Positions 28,848 to 39,494 are shown, numbered from the stretch's first letter. The stretch is 62,922 nucleotides of DNA from Syntrophaceae bacterium (GCA_013388675.1 JACAEW010000175.1:1-62922), one strand, 5' to 3'. Notes: generated by a model from the sequence alone, not told the origin. Translations and numbers: made by a program.

Positions 28848-29978
28848 ATGGGGAATCCCAGGGATTTTATCGGCGGATCAAAATGGAATTTAGATACCCC
28901 TTGTTTGGTCATCGACCAGGATGTCCTCGAGCAAAACCTACAGAACATGCAGGCTCACCTGGCCTCCTTCGGCAAGGGACTGCGCCCTCATGCCAAGACT
29001 CACAAATGCTCAATCATCGCCAGACAACAAATGGCCGCCGGGGCGGTGGGAATCTGCGTGGCCAAAGTATCGGAGGCGGAAGTCCTGGTGAAGGCCGGTT
29101 TGCGGGGGGTTCTGATCACCTCTCCCGTGGTCACCGACCAGAAGATCGTCGCCCTCATGGAATGCCTCTTTCGCGACCCGGACCTCATGGTCGTCGTGGA
29201 CCATCCCACCAACGCCCGCATGCTGAATGAAGCGGCCCGAAAGCAGGGCAGCCGTCTTTCGGTGCTGGTGGATTTGGACCCGGGCATGGGGCGCACCGGC
29301 GTGCCTTTCCGGGAGGGCCTCGCCCTCGGCCAATGGATCCACAGTCTCCCGGCCATGCGGCTGCGGGGGGTCCAGTGCTACGCCGGGAGTGTTCAACACA
29401 TCCTCAACTTCGAAGAAAGGAAGGACGCTTCCTTGGGTTGGATGGGTCAGGCGGCCGAGGTGTTTCGTCAATTCCGGCAAAACGGGCTTCCCGCCGAGGT
29501 TTTCTCCGGGAGCGGAACAGGGACCTACGAGATCGACTGCCAGGTCCCCGAGCTCACCGACCTCCAGGCCGGGTCCTACACCCTGATGGATACCGAATAT
29601 CTTCAAATCGGCTGTTCCCGGAACCCCCAGAAATTCGAAAAATTCCCCCCCGCCCTCACCCTCCTGACTGCGGTAATCAGCTCCAATCATCCCGGCTATT
29701 TCACCGTGGACGCGGGGTTGAAGGCCCTCTACCACCATGGGGGGATTCCCTCGGTCATTCACCCCCAAGGTCTCGGCCTGACCTACGAATGGCGGGGAGA
29801 TGAACACGGCAAGGTCTCTCTTCCGGCCCCCGGAAAAAGGTTCGAAATCGGGGAAATCCTGGAACTCGTCGTTTCCCACTGCGACCCGACGGTAAACCTT
29901 TTTGATTATTTTTACGTCGCCCGGGGTGAAACGGTGGTGGATGTATGGCCCATCGATCTGCGCGGTAAGTGTCAGTAA
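28848..29978 (+). CDS. DSD1-family PLP enzyme (D-threonine aldolase / D-serine dehydratase-like, alanine-racemase fold)
   Basis: LDTPCL, LRPHAKTHK, GRTGV, GSGTGT, DEHG, HCDPTVN. Confidence 0.9.
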   Translation: MGNPRDFIGGSKWNLDTPCLVIDQDVLEQNLQNMQAHLASFGKGLRPHAKTHKCSIIARQQMAAGAVGICVAKVSEAEVLVKAGLRGVLITSPVVTDQKIVALMECLFRDPDLMVVVDHPTNARMLNEAARKQGSRLSVLVDLDPGMGRTGVPFREGLALGQWIHSLPAMRLRGVQCYAGSVQHILNFEERKDASLGWMGQAAEVFRQFRQNGLPAEVFSGSGTGTYEIDCQVPELTDLQAGSYTLMDTEYLQIGCSRNPQKFEKFPPALTLLTAVISSNHPGYFTVDAGLKALYHHGGIPSVIHPQGLGLTYEWRGDEHGKVSLPAPGKRFEIGEILELVVSHCDPTVNLFDYFYVARGETVVDVWPIDLRGKCQ

Positions 29979-29990
29979 GCGGGAAAAAGA

Positions 29991-30578
29991 CTAAAAACGT
30001 GGAATGGAATCATTCCACCAGGAAGGCAAGATACCATGGTTCTTTTTCTTTAATTCCGCCTCCAGAGTTATGACCTGCCCCCCGAACCGGTTGAACTCTT
30101 CCCACGCTTTTTTCTTCCCTTCCCGGTCTCTTCTCGAAGAGGCCTCCAGGTATCTCCGGTAAGCCCGTTCGAATTGTTCGAGGTAGTAGGCTTTCTGCCT
30201 TTGGTAATACTCGGCGCTGCCCTCGCGGAGGCCATCGGGGAAGGAGGATCCTTCCGCCGGGGGAACCTTTCCCGTCGGGTTCAGCGCAGCCCGTGGCGCC
30301 GCCGGGGCATTCTCCGGCTTCCGGGTAAGCGTATGTTCTTCTCCATCGGCAAAGCGGCCCGGGGATTTCCTTTCCACCTCCGTGATGGAGAGCAAATCCT
30401 TCTTGGGCAGGGAAACGACTCCGCCCGGCCATTGAAATTTGATTTCTTCCTTTTCCTCCCAGAATCGGGCGGTCTCCACCGTTCGGCCATTCTTCAGCTG
30501 AAGGATATAATCGGCCAACGCAGCAAGAGGGAAGAAAAAGGTCAGGAGAATAACTAACGCGGCGGATAACCCCCTCAT
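29991..30578 (-). CDS. secreted hypothetical protein
   Basis: Signal peptide ending ALA, LQLKNGR beta-hairpin N-terminus, helical C-terminus; ATGA overlap with upstream gene. Confidence 0.7.
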   Translation of the reverse strand: MRGLSAALVILLTFFFPLAALADYILQLKNGRTVETARFWEEKEEIKFQWPGGVVSLPKKDLLSITEVERKSPGRFADGEEHTLTRKPENAPAAPRAALNPTGKVPPAEGSSFPDGLREGSAEYYQRQKAYYLEQFERAYRRYLEASSRRDREGKKKAWEEFNRFGGQVITLEAELKKKNHGILPSWWNDSIPRF

Positions 30579-31861
30579 TTCTTCTCCTTTTTTACTCCTC
30601 CCGATCGCCCCAGGTCCCCTTCGGGTGATTCGGAGAAGACCTCCCTTCTCCCCAGGCTTACCGGCGGGAGATGATTCGTCTGATCGTGAACCGCACGGCT
30701 GCAGAAAAGGATGTTCACACCGCCTTCCACCAGGCCCAAGGAAGCCATTCCTCCCGCCATGACTGCGCCGGTCACGTTTTTATCGCCGCCGCCGGTAAAG
30801 GTAATCGATCCGGTGACGAGGATGATCCCGTACCATTGAAACCCGCCGTGAACGAGAAAGTCGCCTTCAACGGCAAGGACCCCGCACCCGCGCGAACCCG
30901 CGCAAAGCCTCACGTAGGTGCCGTTGGTGTTGAAATAAACTATATTTCGGAACGTGCGGTCCGAAGGGTCGTGCTGGGTGCGTCCTGCCGCAGGGACCCC
31001 CCAGTCCCTGCTTGGAAGGGTGGCGCTGTTCACGTTGTACTGGAAGTTGGCTCTTTTCTTGAACCGGTTCACCAGGTATTGAACATCGATATTCGAGGGC
31101 GAATACTCGACTATGGCCGAAGGGAACCCTCCCACGGAGGGGTTCCCGTTCAATCTCACCCCCTCCATGCTGAGGACCCCGGGGAGAGGAAGGTTTCCGC
31201 AGCGGTCGAACCCTTGAACGAAGGTGGAAGCTCCCTGGATGCTGGTCTCTCTTTTGGCGTAAAGGGCTGCCAAGGCGTTGATGCGCGGCGCCAGTGCCGC
31301 TTCGATCTGCAGCCTTTGGGGGGTGGCGCCGTTCTCCCCGTACGCTTCTGAGGTGATGACGTAAATGCCCTCTCCCTCGGCCGTATTCTCTTCCGGCCGG
31401 CCGTCCTTATCGCTATCCCCCCATTTTAAGACCTTTCCGGAGCCATCGACCTTGTGACGGATAGTCACCACATAATCCAGGGCCGAATCCCGTCGATCGT
31501 ACCGGTAGTGGTTGCGGTTGTGGCTTTGATACCCCTTCTCGATGGTTTGGGCCTCCGTGCCGATGAAGGCCGTCCAGTTTGGGTTGGAGGGATCGGGGTC
31601 ATGAATGGATAACCCGCTGGCCCCGGCTTGAAGTCGGGACCGGGCGTCCAGGAGACCGGCCTCCGCCGCGCGATATAAATTCTTCTCCCCCTTTTTTCCC
31701 GGGGCGAAGCGCATTCCTAGGGATGGGTCTTTGCTCCGCGCGGTGGAATGAACCACCGAGCAGACCATGGAGCCGAAGCCCAGCAGGACCAAAGAAAGGA
31801 CAAAGAGAGCGGCCAGCATCTCGATGGGAGTGAACCCTGATCTTTTATACGGATTCTTCAT
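30575..31861 (-). CDS. minor pilin-like protein, PilV-type N-terminus joined to PilX-like body
   Basis: SG|FTPIEMLAALFVL; NLYRAAEAGL; C-terminal GxGVLAVEGD/GIILVTG/GAVMAGG beta repeats. Confidence 0.7.
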   Translation of the reverse strand: MKNPYKRSGFTPIEMLAALFVLSLVLLGFGSMVCSVVHSTARSKDPSLGMRFAPGKKGEKNLYRAAEAGLLDARSRLQAGASGLSIHDPDPSNPNWTAFIGTEAQTIEKGYQSHNRNHYRYDRRDSALDYVVTIRHKVDGSGKVLKWGDSDKDGRPEENTAEGEGIYVITSEAYGENGATPQRLQIEAALAPRINALAALYAKRETSIQGASTFVQGFDRCGNLPLPGVLSMEGVRLNGNPSVGGFPSAIVEYSPSNIDVQYLVNRFKKRANFQYNVNSATLPSRDWGVPAAGRTQHDPSDRTFRNIVYFNTNGTYVRLCAGSRGCGVLAVEGDFLVHGGFQWYGIILVTGSITFTGGGDKNVTGAVMAGGMASLGLVEGGVNILFCSRAVHDQTNHLPPVSLGRREVFSESPEGDLGRSGGVKKEKK

Positions 31862-31946
31862 GGATTTCTCATCCCCGGGCAGTTCTCTGCGGCCCGTCAA
31901 GATAAACCCGTCTTGTTTTCCGCTTTGATTTTTCGGTAAAGGGAGC

Positions 31947-31963
31947 AGCAATTTCAATGCCAG
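31947..31963 (-). promoter_or_regulatory. sigma54 promoter of the pilX-like gene
   Basis: CTGGCATTGAAATTGCT (GG-N10-GC). Confidence 0.7.
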
Positions 31964-32301
31964 AGGATTATCCTGTTGCCCGGAGGAAGAGTTGTTTAGG
32001 GGAAGTTCCTAAGGAAGGGAAGTTGAAATCCCTCCAAAGGTTTAACGAGGACTACCTTCTCCTAGAAAAGGCGGGGGGGAGATATTTCTGGGAGGCCTTC
32101 GTCCAAACAAGTGAAACTTACAAGGGGGCGGATTTCAAACGGTTACCTGGAAACAAGGGAGGGGCATGAATGTCGCAACTGGGGAAGTTGAATCTTTTCC
32201 GGCACGCGCAAGGGCATTGAAAAGGGGAACTTTTTCCGATCCTTTGCGGGAAGGTCCACAAAGGGGGGGGTGGGGGGGGGAAGGGTGACCCCTCCGGGGC
32301 A

Positions 32302-32517
32302 TCACTCCCGGGGGTCTTTGCGAGGCTTCATCCGGTCCACATGGTCATACACATTTTTGAAGATATCGATCCACCGGGCGCGGAACTTGTCGAAAAAAAG
32401 CCGTTCCCCTTTAGAGGCTAAAAGCTCCTCCAGCATGATGTAACATGAAGTGAGGTTTGAAGAAATGATGATCTTTCGCAATTCATCGGTCTCTGCTGAC
32501 AGGGGTTTTAGCTTCAT
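32302..32517 (-). CDS. small hypothetical protein
   Basis: 71 aa, AAGGAGAGG RBS, AT-rich upstream region. Confidence 0.6.
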   Translation of the reverse strand: MKLKPLSAETDELRKIIISSNLTSCYIMLEELLASKGERLFFDKFRARWIDIFKNVYDHVDRMKPRKDPRE

Positions 32518-32824
32518 CTTTTACCTCTCCTTCGCGCGGCTCGTGGGGAAAATGAAATGGAAAATGGGGAAAAAGAGGAATCCCCAAAATTCCTTTTGAA
32601 TCAGATTTTTTTTATTAAACAACAAAAAACCATTTTGATCAAGGGAAGAAATTTTTTTCGGGAGAAGTTTCTACCCTCCGCCGCCGAGTCCTTGCCCGGA
32701 TTCCGGGAGGAAAAAAAGGATTGCCGACCGGCATGAATTTCCTACCTTAAAAAATAGGGGATGAGTTATGATGAAAATAGCAATCATTCCAGGAAACCAC
32801 TACCCCACATGGAAAGGAGACCTT

Positions 32825-33802
32825 ATGGCCCATTTTTACACCGACAACTCCCTCTCCATCGGAAACACCCCCCTGGTCCAAATCAACCGGATGAACGCTC
32901 ATGGAAAAGCATTGGTGTTGGCCAAAATTGAAGGGCGAAACCCGGCCTATTCGGTCAAGTGCCGGATCGGGGCAAGCATGATTTGGGATGCCGAACAAAA
33001 AGGCCTTCTCCGCCCGGGAATGGAAATCATCGAGCCCACGAGCGGCAATACCGGAATCGCCCTGGCCTTCGTCTCCGCCGCCCGCGGATATCCTCTCACC
33101 GTCACCATGCCCGAGACCGTCTCGCTCGAGCGCCGGAAGGTGCTGGCGGCCTTCGGGGCGCAAATCGTCCTTACGCCCGGAGCCAAAGGCATGACCGGCG
33201 CGGTCCAGGAGGCGGAACGGATTCGGCAATCGAACCCCAGGGCCTTCATGCCCCAGCAATTCCAGAACCCGGCCAACCCGGACATTCATTTCCGGACCAC
33301 CGGGCCGGAAATATGGGAACAAACCGGGGGCCGGATCGACGTGCTTGTTTCCGGCGTGGGCACGGGGGGAACCATTTCGGGAATCTCCCGGTTTATCAAG
33401 AAAGAAAAAAAGCACTCCCTCCTTAGCGTGGCCGTGGAGCCCCGGGAAAGCCCGGTCATCACTCAGCGTCTGGCCGGACAAGAACTCAAACCGGGACCCC
33501 ACAAGATTCAGGGCATCGGCGCGGGTTTCATTCCCGATACTCTAGACCTTTCTATCCTAGACCGGGTCGAGCAGGTGAGCAGCGATGAGGCCATTGACCA
33601 TGCCCGCAGATTGGCCCGGGAGGAAGGGATCCTTGCGGGAATCAGCTGCGGAGCGGCTATGGCCGCGGCCCTCCGCCTGGCCGCCGAAAAGGAATTCGTC
33701 GGGCGCACCATTGTGGTCATTCTCCCGGATTCCGGAGAAAGATACCTGAGCGGAGTTCTTTTCGAAGGACTTTTCGACGAAAAGGGGTTGCCGAAGAAAT
33801 AA
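32825..33802 (+). CDS. cysK: cysteine synthase A
   Basis: [49 protein letters not shown]; AAGGAG RBS. Confidence 0.96.
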   Translation: MAHFYTDNSLSIGNTPLVQINRMNAHGKALVLAKIEGRNPAYSVKCRIGASMIWDAEQKGLLRPGMEIIEPTSGNTGIALAFVSAARGYPLTVTMPETVSLERRKVLAAFGAQIVLTPGAKGMTGAVQEAERIRQSNPRAFMPQQFQNPANPDIHFRTTGPEIWEQTGGRIDVLVSGVGTGGTISGISRFIKKEKKHSLLSVAVEPRESPVITQRLAGQELKPGPHKIQGIGAGFIPDTLDLSILDRVEQVSSDEAIDHARRLAREEGILAGISCGAAMAAALRLAAEKEFVGRTIVVILPDSGERYLSGVLFEGLFDEKGLPKK

Positions 33803-33916
33803 GGCCTTGGCGAAGGCGGCATGGGGAAAAGGGTTTTATTCCTCCGCGATCCGGGGATTCGAACCCGGAAGGGAAGGAAGCCAGGATTTGGCGCCCAGGT
33901 CTTGAATCCTGCCAAG

Positions 33917-35089
33917 TCACACAACCGCTCCCTCTCCCAGGGGACGGTTTTCCAAAATCCTCCGGGGACTGAAGCAGGCCAAATCAAGGGTGGGCGTCTT
34001 TTTTAGAATCAACTCGGCCAGGTGCCGGCCGGCGGCTGGAGCCTGCTGCAGGCCATGGCCGGAGAAGCCGTTGATCAGGAAAAACCCATCCAATCCTGGC
34101 CAGGCGCCGAGGATCGCGTTGCGGTCCAGGCGATTGACTTCGTAAAGGCCGGCCCAACCCCGGACCAATTTCAGTTTCTCGAAGGCCGGGACGATCGGCA
34201 CCAATTCGGGCCAAAGCTCTTCGGTAAATCGCTTCCACTCCCAGCGGAATCCAAACCCTGTTTCGTCCTCCTCCATGGATTTTCCAACGAGAAGAAGTCC
34301 CCCTGTCTCGGAACGAAAATACAGCCCGGAAGGGGCAATAACCAGGGGAAGCGGCCGATCAAAGGATTTTTCGGGCTTGACGGCAAAGACCTGCCGATTG
34401 ACCGGAGAGAGGGGAAGCTCAAACCCGGCCATGCGCGCCACTTCAGCGCCCCAGGGCCCGGCTGCATTAACCACAATTTCCGAATTCAGCACCCCCCCGG
34501 AAGCAAGGCCAACGCCGGCGACTTTTCGGCCCGATTTCTTCACCTCCACGGCTTCCTCGGGGAAGTAGCGAGCGCCGAGGGAGATGGCCTTTTTGCGAAA
34601 TCCCATGAGGACCCCGTAAGGGTCCAGGTATCCATCCTTGGGCCCAAAGGTCCCTCCCACGAAACCATCGGCCCGGAAAAGGGGGAATTCTCTTTGGATT
34701 TTTTCGGGGGTCCACCACTCCACTTCACCGCCCAATCCCTTTTGCAAAGCCAGGCCTTGCTCCGCGGCCGCCCTTCCCGGTTGATCTATCAAGAATAAAT
34801 ATCCGGCCCTGCGATAATCGATCGAAGGCCTCTCGCCTTCCACCGCCATATCCTCTTCAAAACGGGAAAAGAATTCCTGCCCGTAAAGGGACATTAGGAT
34901 GTTCTCTTTCAGGCTGAATTGGATTCTGACCCCGCCCAGGGACAAAGAGGTGGAAGATCGGGTGTAAGTGGGGTCTCGTTCCAATACGCCAACCTTGAGT
35001 CCCGTCTCGGCGGCCAAAAGATGATAGGCCACCGACGACCCCATCACCGCACCACCGATAATGAGGACATCAAAATGATTGGTTTTCAT
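33917..35089 (-). CDS. FAD-dependent oxidoreductase (DAO / sarcosine oxidase beta-like)
   Basis: IIGGAVMG, GGVRIQFS, NAAGPW, GFSGHG. Confidence 0.9.
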   Translation of the reverse strand: MKTNHFDVLIIGGAVMGSSVAYHLLAAETGLKVGVLERDPTYTRSSTSLSLGGVRIQFSLKENILMSLYGQEFFSRFEEDMAVEGERPSIDYRRAGYLFLIDQPGRAAAEQGLALQKGLGGEVEWWTPEKIQREFPLFRADGFVGGTFGPKDGYLDPYGVLMGFRKKAISLGARYFPEEAVEVKKSGRKVAGVGLASGGVLNSEIVVNAAGPWGAEVARMAGFELPLSPVNRQVFAVKPEKSFDRPLPLVIAPSGLYFRSETGGLLLVGKSMEEDETGFGFRWEWKRFTEELWPELVPIVPAFEKLKLVRGWAGLYEVNRLDRNAILGAWPGLDGFFLINGFSGHGLQQAPAAGRHLAELILKKTPTLDLACFSPRRILENRPLGEGAVV

Positions 35090-35323
35090 GGGATTCCTGC
35101 GCCGCCTCCGTTATGGCCAAATAATGCCCGGTTCGTTTCCTATTTCCCGGTCAGCCGGGCCAAAAAAGGACCGCTTTGGAGCATCCTTAAAAAATGCTTC
35201 CACCAGCCCAGTATAGCATTTCTCCGGGGGAAGAAAATCCGAATTCCCGGGGGGGCTGGAGATCGTATGGATTTGAAGCTCATCTAAACAATGAAAGGGG
35301 TTTAATGGATTAGAAGGGAGGGA

Positions 35324-35698
35324 ATGAAGATGGAAAAAATGCAAGTGAAGAGCCTGAACACCCCGGAAGAGGTCAGGACCTTTGACAAAGGAAAGCTCGA
35401 ATTGGTCAAAGTGAATGGAGCTTTGATCGGAAGGGCCGTTTTTCAACCCGGATGGAAATGGTCCGAATCGGTAAAGCCCATCGCCAAGACCAAAAGCTGC
35501 GAAGCTCCCCATTTCCAATACCACCTTTCGGGAACCCTAAGACTGCGCATGGATGACGGTACTGAAAGGGACCTGAAAGCGGGCGACGTTTCCTACCTGC
35601 CCTCGGGCCATGACGCCTGGGTGGTTGGAAACGAGCCCGTGGTGGTCGTGGATTTTCAAGGCATGGTCGATTATGCCCGGGAGGCCGCGAAAAAGTGA
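35324..35698 (+). CDS. cupin domain protein
   Basis: QPGWKWS, SCEAPH, PSGHDAWVVG. Confidence 0.88.
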   Translation: MKMEKMQVKSLNTPEEVRTFDKGKLELVKVNGALIGRAVFQPGWKWSESVKPIAKTKSCEAPHFQYHLSGTLRLRMDDGTERDLKAGDVSYLPSGHDAWVVGNEPVVVVDFQGMVDYAREAAKK

Positions 35699-36840
35699 TG
35701 GACCGCCTCAAGAATCCGGGCGGCCCGATGGCGGTAAGTATGGTTAGCCAAAATTCGGTTCCGTGGAGCGGGTGCGTTCCGCTTATGCTTTGGGAGGGAA
35801 AGGATTTCTTTTTTCCTTTCCAGAGCTTCGTTTATGGTCCTGAAGGAAAAGACTGCATCCTCCAAGTCAAAAAATTCATTCAGCTCCGGAGAATGCTCGG
35901 CGAGCACCGGGACAGAGCATGCGGCGGCATCAAAAATTCGTTGGGTCAGCCCCGTCCTGCTCTGGGCCTGCCGGGTCTCCAGGACAAAAGAGCTTGCGTT
36001 GTAAATCCTGCTCAAGCCTGGCCCATAGAATGCTTCCCCGCAATAAATATTTCCCGCAATCTCTTTCCATGCCCGGTTTCCGAAAACCCCTCCCCCTTCA
36101 CCGATCACCGCTGAAACGATCTCCTTTCTTTTTATCCGGCCGAGTGCGTGAGCGGCGCTGTGTGCCCATAGGCACGCAAGGGGATTCTCCGGCAAAGAAA
36201 CCGAAGGGATTCCTTTTTTTTCCTCCAAGAAATTTCCGATGAGTTTATGGCCGACCTGACTTAAGTCACTTTTCCATAACTTCCATAGGGCTAAAATCTC
36301 TTCCTCGAAGCCCGGGGAATTCATGATCGCCTCATCGAGAATCCGATTCGGATGGGCCGTGGACCCCACAAATACTCCGCCGGGAAAAAGCATCGGGGAG
36401 TGGTCGGCCCCCGGGGTCAACACCCCGGGGTCCGAGGCCAAGGGAAGGTGGATGGGGGGGATGCCCTTCCATGAACCCCGGGCACCGATTTCCCGGGTCA
36501 ATTCTCCATCCCAACAAAACACGATCGTCCGGTTTGGTTCGCAGCACTCCGGAAAAGCGAACCCATGGGGATCGTCCACAAACCAAATTATCCAATTATT
36601 TTTTAATATTATATGTAAATCATTAATTATTTCTCTCATTTTTTCATCGCGGGGCAGGTCGAGGGAAAAGAGACACGACCGCCCTTTCGAGGCAAGAGGC
36701 TTCAGGGTCCGTATTTCTCTGAGCCCCTTAGGGAAAGGGAGATTTATAACTTCCTGCCCGAGGGAACGGAAGGCTTTCACCATGGAGGCATGAATAAAAG
36801 GAATTACGTATCCCTCGGGTTTTAAGGCCAGGATTCGCAT
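35671..36840 (-). CDS. CgeB-like glycosyltransferase
   Basis: WFVDDP, HLPLA, FVGS, RIFDAAAC, HTYRHR motifs. Confidence 0.8.
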   Translation of the reverse strand: MRILALKPEGYVIPFIHASMVKAFRSLGQEVINLPFPKGLREIRTLKPLASKGRSCLFSLDLPRDEKMREIINDLHIILKNNWIIWFVDDPHGFAFPECCEPNRTIVFCWDGELTREIGARGSWKGIPPIHLPLASDPGVLTPGADHSPMLFPGGVFVGSTAHPNRILDEAIMNSPGFEEEILALWKLWKSDLSQVGHKLIGNFLEEKKGIPSVSLPENPLACLWAHSAAHALGRIKRKEIVSAVIGEGGGVFGNRAWKEIAGNIYCGEAFYGPGLSRIYNASSFVLETRQAQSRTGLTQRIFDAAACSVPVLAEHSPELNEFFDLEDAVFSFRTINEALERKKEILSLPKHKRNAPAPRNRILANHTYRHRAARILEAVHHFFAASRA

Positions 36841-36901
36841 TCGGGTGCGCCTCAAAATTGTTTTTGGGAAAAGGTTCGAGGATTGGGGGGACCGGTCCCG
36901 C

Positions 36902-37891
36902 CTACACGATCAAGCATTCCGGCGGGCGTCCTTCCAGGATATCCCGGGCCTGCCTGGCTACGGCATCGGAAAGTCGATCTCCCGCCTCCTGGCTCAGCGC
37001 TCCCATGTGAGGAGAAAGAATGACATTCTCCAACTGGGTTAAAGGATGTCCTGAAGGCAGGGGTTCCTCTGCGAATACATCCAGCGCCGCCCCCTTAACC
37101 CGCCCCGTTCGTAACGCCTCGATCAAAGCCCCCTCTTCGATCACCTTTCCCCGGCAGGTGTTGACCAGGACCATTCCCCGCTTCGCCCCTGCAAAGGCGC
37201 GGGAGTCGAGTATTTTTTCGGTGGCTGAAGTCAGCGGCACATGAAGGGTGACCGCGTCTGCCCTGGAAAGAAGCTCCGTGAGGGAGACGAATTCCACTCC
37301 CATTTGAACATAAAGTTTAGGATCAATAAATGGATCATAAGCGATTATTTTCATTTCGAAACCTTTTGCAATTCTGGCGACCCTTAGGCCGATCTGCCCC
37401 AGGCCGATGATCCCCAGCGTCTTCCTCCATAATTCCTGCCCCGATGCCCACTCGGGCAATGCCCGCCCGGCCTTGACCCATTCCCCGGCCCTCACCCATG
37501 GGTCGGCCCGGTGAATCTGGCGCAGAAGAGAAAGGAGCAGGCCGAAAGCCAGCTCCGCCACGGCCTGGGCATTTTCCCCCCGGCAGTTACAGACCTTGAT
37601 CCCCCTGCCGCTCAAGGCATTGGCATCAATATGATCGTATCCTGCCCCGTAGGCGATCACTCCCATCAGCCCCGGTGTGCGGCTTAGCACCCGAAGGTTC
37701 ACCGGGACATACTCCGAGACAATGACTTTCACCAAAGACGATCCTCCGATCTTTTCCGCCAGGTCGGATTCGTCTTGGGCTTCGGCCCACGCATACCCTC
37801 CCAGAGAAGAGAGCGCATTCAGGGCCTTCCCCGACATATAAAAACGGTCGGCCAGAACGACGGGAACCGAAAGGTCCAAATTACCGGGCAT
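36902..37891 (-). CDS. D-2-hydroxyacid dehydrogenase family (SerA-like catalytic part)
   Basis: GAGYDHID, GIIGLGQIG, LHVPL, NTCRG, LDVF..EP, SPH. Confidence 0.92.
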   Translation of the reverse strand: MPGNLDLSVPVVLADRFYMSGKALNALSSLGGYAWAEAQDESDLAEKIGGSSLVKVIVSEYVPVNLRVLSRTPGLMGVIAYGAGYDHIDANALSGRGIKVCNCRGENAQAVAELAFGLLLSLLRQIHRADPWVRAGEWVKAGRALPEWASGQELWRKTLGIIGLGQIGLRVARIAKGFEMKIIAYDPFIDPKLYVQMGVEFVSLTELLSRADAVTLHVPLTSATEKILDSRAFAGAKRGMVLVNTCRGKVIEEGALIEALRTGRVKGAALDVFAEEPLPSGHPLTQLENVILSPHMGALSQEAGDRLSDAVARQARDILEGRPPECLIV

Positions 37892-39494
37892 GGTAAACGA
37901 TCCTCCCTCCCACCACGGTCATGGTCACTCGAATTTCAGGAATCCTCTCCGCCGGCGTCTCCAGGGGGTCCTTATCCAGGACAACCAGGTCCGCGGCCTT
38001 TCCCTCTTTCAGCGTACCCCTTTCCCCCTCTTCGAAGGAGAAATAAGCGGCCTCGCGCGTGTAGAGGGAGACTGCCTGTTCCGCATTCAGGCACTCCGGC
38101 GGTCCGAATTCCCGGTTTTTTGCGGTCCTGCGGCATAGGGCATCCCGGAGTCCGATCAAAGGGTTGGGCTCGGCTACCGGGCAATCCGAAGAAAGGCCCA
38201 AGCGGATGCCTTTCTCAAGGAGCGTTTTGAAACGATAGAGAGACTGGGAGCGGACCGGCCCGAAGGCTTCCATGAAGCCATCCCCCAGGAGGGAGAGAAA
38301 ATTCGCCTGGCTCGAAATGTACAGACCCAGCTTGGCCACCCGGTCGATCTGGCCTTCGGTGAGGTTGCCCGCGTGCACGATCTGGTGACGAAGGGGGTTT
38401 CCCCTCTTCATCGTCCTTTCAAAGGCCCGAAGCAGCATCTCCAGCGCGCGGTCCCCCTGGGCGTGGACCGAAATCTGGTATCCCGCCCGGTCGAATTTTT
38501 CCACCTCCCGGTTGATTCCCCTCTGGTCATAGTTCAGGATTCCCCTGCCAGCCCCGGGGGGAAATTCGTAGGCCTTGGAAACGGCCGCCGTACGGTTGCT
38601 CATTCCCCCGTCCAGAAAGATTTTGACAGCCCCCACCTTAACCCATTCTGTCCCGAATCCCCGCTGGATGCCCGCGGCCAGCATGGGCTGCGCCCATTGA
38701 TTCAGGATGAAGGCGTAAAGGCGGAACCGTAATTTCCCCGCCGATTCGGCATCCTGGTAGGCTCGCAGGGTTTCCGCATCGACGAAAGGATCATGGGCGC
38801 CGACGATTCCCAGGCGGTGGAACCGGGAGGCACAGCGGGACACCATCTCTATTCTTCCCTCCCGGCCGTAATCCGCCATCATCCGGGAATAAATGGACGG
38901 GGTCGCGAAGAAAAGGGGCCCCATGAAGGCGGATTCGCTCAGGATCCCGTTGGGGTTTCCTGTCCCGTCCCGGTGGATAACGCCCCCCGGGGGATCGGGG
39001 GTTTTCTTCGTGATGCCCAGTTCTTTCAAGGCCAGGGAGTTGACCACGCACCCGTGAACCGAAACATGGACCAAGCAGATGGGATGCTTTGGGGAGGCCC
39101 GGTCCAGGTCCTCCCGGGTCAGGTCTTTTTGATCGTCGAGGAGATAGGGGGCATATCCCCACCCCATGATCCATTTCCCGGGCTTGGTTTTCCTGGCCTG
39201 CGCCCGAAGAGCTTCCACCACGTCCTCCCCTTTCCGGCACCCGGCCGCAGGGCGGCAGTCCGCCTGGTCGGTTAGAAGGGCATACAGGCAGAAATGATTG
39301 TGGGTGTCGATAAACCCCGGGAGCATAGTCTGTCCTTGCAGGTCGATCACCCGGGTCTCGGGCGTCGCAAGCCTTTCCAGCTCCTCTTTTCTCCCGACCT
39401 TCAGGATTTTCCCGAATTGAACCGCCAGCGCCCCCGCCCTTGGCATGGCCGGTTCCATGGTAAGGATGTTCCCGTTCCGGAAAAGAGTTTCCAC
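37881..39494 (-). CDS. amidohydrolase 3 family (YtcJ-like)
   Basis: PGFIDTHNH, KIFLDG, HAQGD, SSDCP, GTLKEGKAAD. Confidence 0.9.
   Translation of the reverse strand: METLFRNGNILTMEPAMPRAGALAVQFGKILKVGRKEELERLATPETRVIDLQGQTMLPGFIDTHNHFCLYALLTDQADCRPAAGCRKGEDVVEALRAQARKTKPGKWIMGWGYAPYLLDDQKDLTREDLDRASPKHPICLVHVSVHGCVVNSLALKELGITKKTPDPPGGVIHRDGTGNPNGILSESAFMGPLFFATPSIYSRMMADYGREGRIEMVSRCASRFHRLGIVGAHDPFVDAETLRAYQDAESAGKLRFRLYAFILNQWAQPMLAAGIQRGFGTEWVKVGAVKIFLDGGMSNRTAAVSKAYEFPPGAGRGILNYDQRGINREVEKFDRAGYQISVHAQGDRALEMLLRAFERTMKRGNPLRHQIVHAGNLTEGQIDRVAKLGLYISSQANFLSLLGDGFMEAFGPVRSQSLYRFKTLLEKGIRLGLSSDCPVAEPNPLIGLRDALCRRTAKNREFGPPECLNAEQAVSLYTREAAYFSFEEGERGTLKEGKAADLVVLDKDPLETPAERIPEIRVTMTVVGGRIVYHAR

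Noticed and set aside
31957-32169. 70-aa plus-strand ORF, and the upstream extension of the pilX-like ORF to 31957
   Set aside because: Both overlap the sigma54 promoter region and have no RBS or recognisable motif
33845-33915. tRNA-like T-arm (GGGTTCGAATCCCC) and a TTCAAGA loop on the minus strand
   Set aside because: No acceptor stem, D-arm or CCA, and the anticodon stem does not pair; more likely hairpins between convergent genes. tRNAscan or ARAGORN would settle it
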